Part shown: piece by piece, positions 59,091 through 64,000 of the stretch
Layout: the number at the start of each line of letters is the position of its first letter
Numbering within the stretch: position 1 is the first letter of the stretch
Source: an uncultured Gemmatimonadaceae bacterium
GTDB lineage: Bacteria; Gemmatimonadota; Gemmatimonadetes; Gemmatimonadales; Gemmatimonadaceae
Direction of reading: 5' to 3'
DNA length: 64,000 bases
Assembly (NCBI GenBank): GCA_963817955.1
Contig: CAWFQK010000004.1
Coordinates: forward strand, 832,001 to 896,000
The notes under the pieces: generated by a model
Told to the model about the DNA's origin: nothing
Seen by the model: only the letters and a program-made list of their open reading frames with translations
The model's database searches: none
Position numbers and translations under genes: made by a program

Positions 59091-60142
59091 TGCTGGTGGT
59101 CATGGAAAATCACGCGACGCAGGAGCAGGTCGACCGTGTCGTGAAGACGATAGAAGAAATGGGCTACGCCGCGCTCCCCATGCCCGGGGAAACGCGTACG
59201 ACCGTGGGGCTCATCGGTAACGATGGCCGCGTGGACGGCTCCCGCATCGAGTCACTGGCGGGCGTGGCAGAAGTGATCCACGTGAGTAAGCCGTACAAGC
59301 AGGTCTCGCGTGAATGGAAGGACGAGAACACGATCGTGACCATCGCCCCCGGCGTGTCGTTCGGCGGCTCGGACATCGTGATCATCGCGGGACCATGCTC
59401 GGTGGAGTCGGAGGCGCAAATTCTCGCCACCGCCCACGCGGTGCGGGCCGCCGGCGCCACGGCGCTTCGCGGCGGTGCATTCAAGCCCCGCAGCTCTCCC
59501 TATTCCTTTCAAGGACTCGGCAAGCCCGGCCTGGAGATGCTTGCCCTCGCGCGTCAGGAGACCGGCCTGCCCATCGTGACCGAAGCGCTGGACGAAGAGG
59601 GCGCGCACATTGTCGCCGAATATGCGGACATGCTCCAGATCGGCGCGCGCAACATGCAAAATTATTCGCTGCTGCGCGCCGTCGGGAAGATCGGAAAGCC
59701 GGTGCTCCTGAAGCGCGGCATGGCAGCCACGATCACTGACCTGCTCATGAGCGCCGAGTACATTCTGGCTGAGGGCAACGGCCAGGTCGTGCTGTGCGAA
59801 CGAGGGATTCGCAGCTTCGACACCCTCGCACGCAACCTGTTCGACCTCACCGCCATCCCGATCGTTCAGCGATTGTCCCACCTGCCAATGATCGCCGATC
59901 CAAGCCACGGAACCGGGCTCCGCGACAAGGTCATCCCAATGGGCCGCGCCGCGGTTGCGGCAGGCGCCGATGGCGTGATCGTCGAGGTCCATCCGACACC
60001 GGATCGCGCGCTGTCGGACGGCGGACAGTCGCTCTATCCGGATCAGTTTGCTCGCTTGGTCACTGAACTGCGCGCCATCACGAACGCGATCGGCCGATCG
60101 GTGGCGGCGATGCCGGGAACGGCCCGCGCCGAAGGCGTGTAG
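59090..60142 (+). CDS. aroF: DAHP synthase type I-beta with N-terminal regulatory domain
   Basis: [38 protein letters not shown] overlap. Confidence 0.95.
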   Translation: MLVVMENHATQEQVDRVVKTIEEMGYAALPMPGETRTTVGLIGNDGRVDGSRIESLAGVAEVIHVSKPYKQVSREWKDENTIVTIAPGVSFGGSDIVIIAGPCSVESEAQILATAHAVRAAGATALRGGAFKPRSSPYSFQGLGKPGLEMLALARQETGLPIVTEALDEEGAHIVAEYADMLQIGARNMQNYSLLRAVGKIGKPVLLKRGMAATITDLLMSAEYILAEGNGQVVLCERGIRSFDTLARNLFDLTAIPIVQRLSHLPMIADPSHGTGLRDKVIPMGRAAVAAGADGVIVEVHPTPDRALSDGGQSLYPDQFARLVTELRAITNAIGRSVAAMPGTARAEGV

Positions 60143-60150
60143 CACCTGCC

Positions 60151-60804
60151 ATGCGACTCACAACGTTCGTAGCACTCGTCGGATTGGCAGCCCCGCTCGC
60201 CGCCCAATCCACTGATGCCATCGACCGCGCCGTAGCGGCCTGGTCGAAAGTGAAAACGGTTCGCGGCACGTTCGAGCAGACCGTCACCAACGCGCTGACG
60301 GGATCCACCGCCAGCGCGCGCGGAGAGTACATGCAGGAACGTCCGAATCGGCTCGCGATCCGGTTCTCGGCGCCGTTGTCCGACGCGATCGTCGCCGATG
60401 GCAATGCGGTCTGGGTCTACCTGCCGAGCAGCACGCCGGGGCAGGTGATCAAGCGTCCAGCCACGGATCGCGCCGCTGTGCCGATCGATCTGACGGGCCA
60501 GTTCCTCGACGCGCCACGAGAGAAGTACCAGATCACCGCGGCAGGCGCCAAGACTGTAGACGGCCACGTAGCACATGCGTTCACGCTCGTGCCAAAGAAG
60601 GGCGTCACCAGCCCCTTCAGCAAGGCGACCGTTTGGATCGACGATGACGATGCGCTCATCCGCGAATTCGAAGAGACAGAATCGGCGGGCGTCACACGCC
60701 ACATCCATCTTACTTCGGTCGAAACGAACACGGTCATCCCACGGAGTGCGTTTGCCTTCACCATCCCGAAGGGCGTGAAGGTGGTCGATCAGTCTAAGCC
60801 CTGA
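60151..60804 (+). CDS. lolA: Outer-membrane lipoprotein carrier LolA
   Basis: Signal peptide; FEQ, RPNR, IVADG..VWVY, F.FTIPKGV.VVD. Confidence 0.85.
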   Translation: MRLTTFVALVGLAAPLAAQSTDAIDRAVAAWSKVKTVRGTFEQTVTNALTGSTASARGEYMQERPNRLAIRFSAPLSDAIVADGNAVWVYLPSSTPGQVIKRPATDRAAVPIDLTGQFLDAPREKYQITAAGAKTVDGHVAHAFTLVPKKGVTSPFSKATVWIDDDDALIREFEETESAGVTRHIHLTSVETNTVIPRSAFAFTIPKGVKVVDQSKP

Positions 60805-60831
60805 CCACTCGACCCGGCCTCGAGCGATCAG
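60801..60831. terminator. Hairpin between convergent lolA and ctpA
   Basis: Minus strand reads CTGATCGCTCGA-ggccggg-TCGAGTGGTCAG. Confidence 0.5.
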
Positions 60832-62420
60832 GGATTCGTCGCCTTGGGCACGGCGGCCGCACGCTGGAATAACGCCTGCTCCGTCGTTGCCCCGGCCATG
60901 AGCCGGAGCGTGCTGCCGATGGCTGGGTCATCGTGCAGCCGGCGAGTGTACTCCGCGGCTTCGCCGAAGACATACCGTGTCACGTCGTACGCCAGCAGTC
61001 GGTCGACGAGTGGGGCCGCGGCGGCGTACGTCGTATCATCCAACACGATTCCACGCGCCCGCATGCGCCGCAGCAGCTCGACCCGCATCTGCGGGGAGAC
61101 AGTGAAATCGGGCGACGAAATGGTATGTGCCGCTTTCAGTGACAGCGCGTAGTCGGTGAGCGCGTCGCGAAACTGCGGCACATGGGTGCCAAGGGCGCTC
61201 TGAAAAACACTGTCGCGGCGCGCCGAACGGTCGCGAGGCAGGACGACGTCGGGCGTGATCCCGCCGCCGCCGAGCACCGTGCGACCCGCGTCGGTCTTGT
61301 AGGCCGGCCGCGCCCGGGTGGTATCAACCAGCACGCTGTCCTCGTCCTCGCCAACGCGCTTGCGGTTGATGCTGCGCCCCGACGGCGTGTACCACAGAGC
61401 GGTCGTCAGCTTCACCGCCCCGCCGTTCGGTAACGCGAACAGGTTCTGAGCGCTGCCCTTTCCATACGTCGTGGTCCCGACGAGGACGGCGCGATCGTGG
61501 TCCTGCAGGGCGCCGGCAACGATTTCAGCAGCGCTGGCGCTGTTGCTGTCCACGAGCGCCACCACCGGGAGGCCGGGCCAGAGCTGTGGCCGCTGATCGT
61601 CATACTCGCGGGTGGCGTCCGGCGTGCGGCCACGCATGACTACGATCCGCTGCTTTGGTTCGAGGAAGAGCTCGGCTACGGCCACGCCCTGGTCGAGCAA
61701 TCCGCCGGGATCGCCGCGCAGATCGAAGATGAGAGACGTCATTCCCGCCGCGCGGAGCGAATCGATGGCGCGCCGCAGATCGGGTGCAGACTCTTCGCTG
61801 AAGATCGTCAATGCCACGTAGCCGACGCCATCGCGCAGCAGGGCCGCATGCTGTACCGAGCGCACGCGGATTTCGCGCCGGGTGAGTGCGAACTCGAGCG
61901 GAGCTGTCACGCCGGGCCGATCGATGGTGAGGCGCACCACTGAGCCTGGCGGACCACGCAGCGCTTTCTGCGCTTCGTCGGTCTTGACGTCGTGCATCGG
62001 CTTGCCGTCCACCTTGACGATGCGATCGCCCGTCTGGATGCCCGCGGCCAATGCCGGGCCACCGGGCATTGGAGCGACGATCGTGACCCAGCCGTCGCGC
62101 ACATCGATCTGCGCGCCGACGCCGGCGTAGCGCCCGCTCGTTTGCTCCGCCAACCTCGCCAGAAGCTGAGGCGAGAGGTACTCGCTGTGTGGATCATGAA
62201 GCTCGCTCACGAGGCCGTCAACGGCCCGCGTATACAGCGCCGAGTCGGCGAGCGTATCGACATACTCGTTCGCGATGTGCTGCAGCACCTGGTCGAACAT
62301 ACGCGCTCGGTCACCGGAGCCGTGCAGCTCCGATCCCAACAACCCGCGCTGTAACAGGAGACCGCCCGAGATCAGCGCTCCGCTCAACAGCACGCCAGCG
62401 AACATCCCGCGTGACCGCAT
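60828..62420 (-). CDS. S41 family C-terminal processing peptidase (CtpA/Prc-like)
   Basis: DPHS, PDZ GVGAQI, DLRGDPGGLL, SASAAEIVAGALQD, TYGKGS, GGGITPD. Confidence 0.95.
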   Translation of the reverse strand: MRSRGMFAGVLLSGALISGGLLLQRGLLGSELHGSGDRARMFDQVLQHIANEYVDTLADSALYTRAVDGLVSELHDPHSEYLSPQLLARLAEQTSGRYAGVGAQIDVRDGWVTIVAPMPGGPALAAGIQTGDRIVKVDGKPMHDVKTDEAQKALRGPPGSVVRLTIDRPGVTAPLEFALTRREIRVRSVQHAALLRDGVGYVALTIFSEESAPDLRRAIDSLRAAGMTSLIFDLRGDPGGLLDQGVAVAELFLEPKQRIVVMRGRTPDATREYDDQRPQLWPGLPVVALVDSNSASAAEIVAGALQDHDRAVLVGTTTYGKGSAQNLFALPNGGAVKLTTALWYTPSGRSINRKRVGEDEDSVLVDTTRARPAYKTDAGRTVLGGGGITPDVVLPRDRSARRDSVFQSALGTHVPQFRDALTDYALSLKAAHTISSPDFTVSPQMRVELLRRMRARGIVLDDTTYAAAAPLVDRLLAYDVTRYVFGEAAEYTRRLHDDPAIGSTLRLMAGATTEQALFQRAAAVPKATNP

Positions 62421-62435
62421 TGTCGTCGTCGAAAG

Positions 62436-63104
62436 TTAGGCTGACGCGCAAGCAGGGAAAGTTTCAGGCCAGTGCGCGCGCAGCACGCGCAGCACGCCAT
62501 CGAACACCGTTGCTTCGTCTCCGCCGGCGTCCACGAGCACGATCGGGCCACATTCGCTGTGCGCTTGCTGCCACGCACTGGTCGCGAATCGCTCGAACGC
62601 ACGTGCAACGCGCTCGTGAAAGGCCAATGCCGCCTGCTCCATTCGGTCGTGGGCACCTCGGCGAGCCGCGCGCGCGAGCCCCTCTTCTACCCCGAGTGTG
62701 AGCAGGAGTGTCAGATCGGGCACCAGTCCAGTCGTCGCCATGCGGTTGGCCACACGCAGCTCTTCCTCCGGCAATCCGCGGCCGTCGCCTTGATACGCAT
62801 AGGTGGACAGGAAGAACCGGTCGACCAACACGACGGCTCCAGCGTCGAGCGCCGGCCGGATTTCCCGCTCGACGAGCTGCGCTCGCGATGCCATGAACAG
62901 GAGCGCCTCGGTGCGCGGCACGATGTCCGACGCCGGATCGAGCAGCAAACGGCGGATCTCGTCGCCGACGACCGTACCGCCAGGCTCACGCACCGCGACC
63001 ACGTCGCGCCCGCGCGCGCCAATCCAGTCCGCGAGCCGGCGAAGTTGCGTGCTCTTCCCGGCGCCCTCCGCCCCCTCGAAGACGATGAGCAGGCCCCGCG
63101 ACAT
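62436..63104 (-). CDS. tmk: Thymidylate kinase
   Basis: FEGAEGAGKSTQ, REPGGT, DRFFLSTYAYQG, PDLT. Confidence 0.96.
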   Translation of the reverse strand: MSRGLLIVFEGAEGAGKSTQLRRLADWIGARGRDVVAVREPGGTVVGDEIRRLLLDPASDIVPRTEALLFMASRAQLVEREIRPALDAGAVVLVDRFFLSTYAYQGDGRGLPEEELRVANRMATTGLVPDLTLLLTLGVEEGLARAARRGAHDRMEQAALAFHERVARAFERFATSAWQQAHSECGPIVLVDAGGDEATVFDGVLRVLRAHWPETFPACASA

Positions 63105-63110
63105 CGCCGA

Positions 63111-63464
63111 TCAGCCGAGCGTGATGATGGAACTCGTGGCGCCCTTCTCGATGCCTTCGAGAATCCAGTCGTTCACCCGGCCCATGATCTTGTCGAAGTT
63201 CTCCTGCGCGACGAGCAGACGTTGATAGCTCGCACGTCCCTGGATCTGTCCAAGCAAGCCGTCGAGCTCCCGCTCCATCTCCTCGGTGGGGCGCTGACCC
63301 TTCTGAATCATCCGCTGCGCATCGACGCGAAGCTGCTCCATCTTCTGCAGCAGCGCCACGGTATCCTTGTCGTCGTTCAGCGCGTCGCTCGCCCGTTTCA
63401 CTGCCTGATATTCGCTGCTCTGCCCGACCAGCCGGCCGAGATCTTTGGCTTTGGATTCAATCAT
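63111..63464 (-). CDS. YlbF/YmcA/YheA family protein
   Basis: KAKDLG..V..S.EYQ, Q-rich helices, Y..LL.AQ..F..IM..VN..I. Confidence 0.75.
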   Translation of the reverse strand: MIESKAKDLGRLVGQSSEYQAVKRASDALNDDKDTVALLQKMEQLRVDAQRMIQKGQRPTEEMERELDGLLGQIQGRASYQRLLVAQENFDKIMGRVNDWILEGIEKGATSSIITLG

Positions 63465-63498
63465 GTTGCTGGTTATTGGTTGCTGGTTGCTCTGTGCT
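63464..63498. repeat. Degenerate heptamer tandem repeat (GGTTGCT-like, 5 units)
   Basis: TGTTGCT GGTTATT GGTTGCT GGTTGCT CTGTGCT. Confidence 0.65.
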
Positions 63499-63548
63499 AT
63501 GTACAGCGTGGCCATCTACCCAACACGACAACTCACAATCACTACCCT

Positions 63549-64000
63549 CTACTCGTCGCCCCTCCACGCTAATACAAACCGCTCCCGCCCGGTCAGGTCC
63601 AGCTCCACCCGCACGCGATCGAAGCGGCGGTCGCGGCTGACCAGCTCCGCCACGAGCGATGCACGGCGAACGTCCACCTCGATCGCCAGCAATCCGTTGG
63701 GGGCGAGCACGCCGGCGGCCTCGCGCACGAGTCGGGTCGTGGCTGTCATGCCATCCGATCCGCTATACAACGCGACGGCCGGCTCCCAATCGCGGACACT
63801 GGCAGGGAGCGCCACAGCCTCGCCGTGGGCGATGTAGGGCGGATTCGACACGACGACGCGCGCGCGCACATCGAGCAGCGGTCCAAGCAGCGAGCCGTGC
63901 AGCATCTCGACGGGCGCGCGCAGTACGGTCTTGGACAGCTCGATGTTGCGCCGCGCCACGGCGAGCGCATCGAGCGATATGTCGGTTCCGTAGACGAGCG
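63549..64000 (-). CDS. prmC: Release-factor glutamine methyltransferase (5' part outside the window)
   Basis: GTDISLDALAVARRN, VVSNPPYI, EPAVALYSG.DG, DLTGRERF. Confidence 0.93.
   Translation of the reverse strand, partial: LVYGTDISLDALAVARRNIELSKTVLRAPVEMLHGSLLGPLLDVRARVVVSNPPYIAHGEAVALPASVRDWEPAVALYSGSDGMTATTRLVREAAGVLAPNGLLAIEVDVRRASLVAELVSRDRRFDRVRVELDLTGRERFVLAWRGDE

Noticed and set aside
1..64000. CRISPR arrays, transposases, prophage or defence systems
   Set aside because: No regularly spaced repeats or recognisable catalytic motifs were seen by eye.

Overview
A GC-rich bacterial chromosomal segment. I infer Gemmatimonadota from the PadR/ADOP permease pair, gene content and synteny; no database check was possible. 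The first ~19 kb is accessory, envelope-related DNA: a partial TonB-dependent receptor, a ring-cleaving dioxygenase, PadR-ADOP, a YtrA-type GntR/ABC operon with duplicated permeases, an outer-membrane barrel, a CDF-like transporter, an ECF sigma/anti-sigma/mini-secretin module, an ABC exporter and two tRNA-Ser genes. The rest is mostly core genome: gltX, lexA, a long minus-strand operon (trxA to a JAB-DinG helicase and a dapL-like aminotransferase), pdxJ, ispE-tRNA-Gln-prs-rplY-pth-ychF, rpsF-rpsR-DUF2232-rplI, rsfS-Omp85/peptidase-SPOR-SPOR-smc-MBL-aroF-lolA, and prmC-ylbF-tmk-ctpA. At least five genes carry single-base frameshifts, most likely assembly errors. The most notable observations are: (1) the rplY (L25) leader contains a near-exact copy of 5S rRNA loop E, the L25 binding site, inside a helix that has a mutually exclusive alternative, suggesting an autoregulatory RNA switch; (2) smc is translationally coupled to a membrane-anchored pseudo-BY-kinase/MinD-like SPOR protein, a SPOR lipoprotein and a peptidase-Omp85; (3) a tandem Hpt-like protein has Arg in place of the phospho-His; (4) a JAB/MPN domain is fused to DinG. 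No CRISPR array, rRNA gene or recognisable mobile element was seen.
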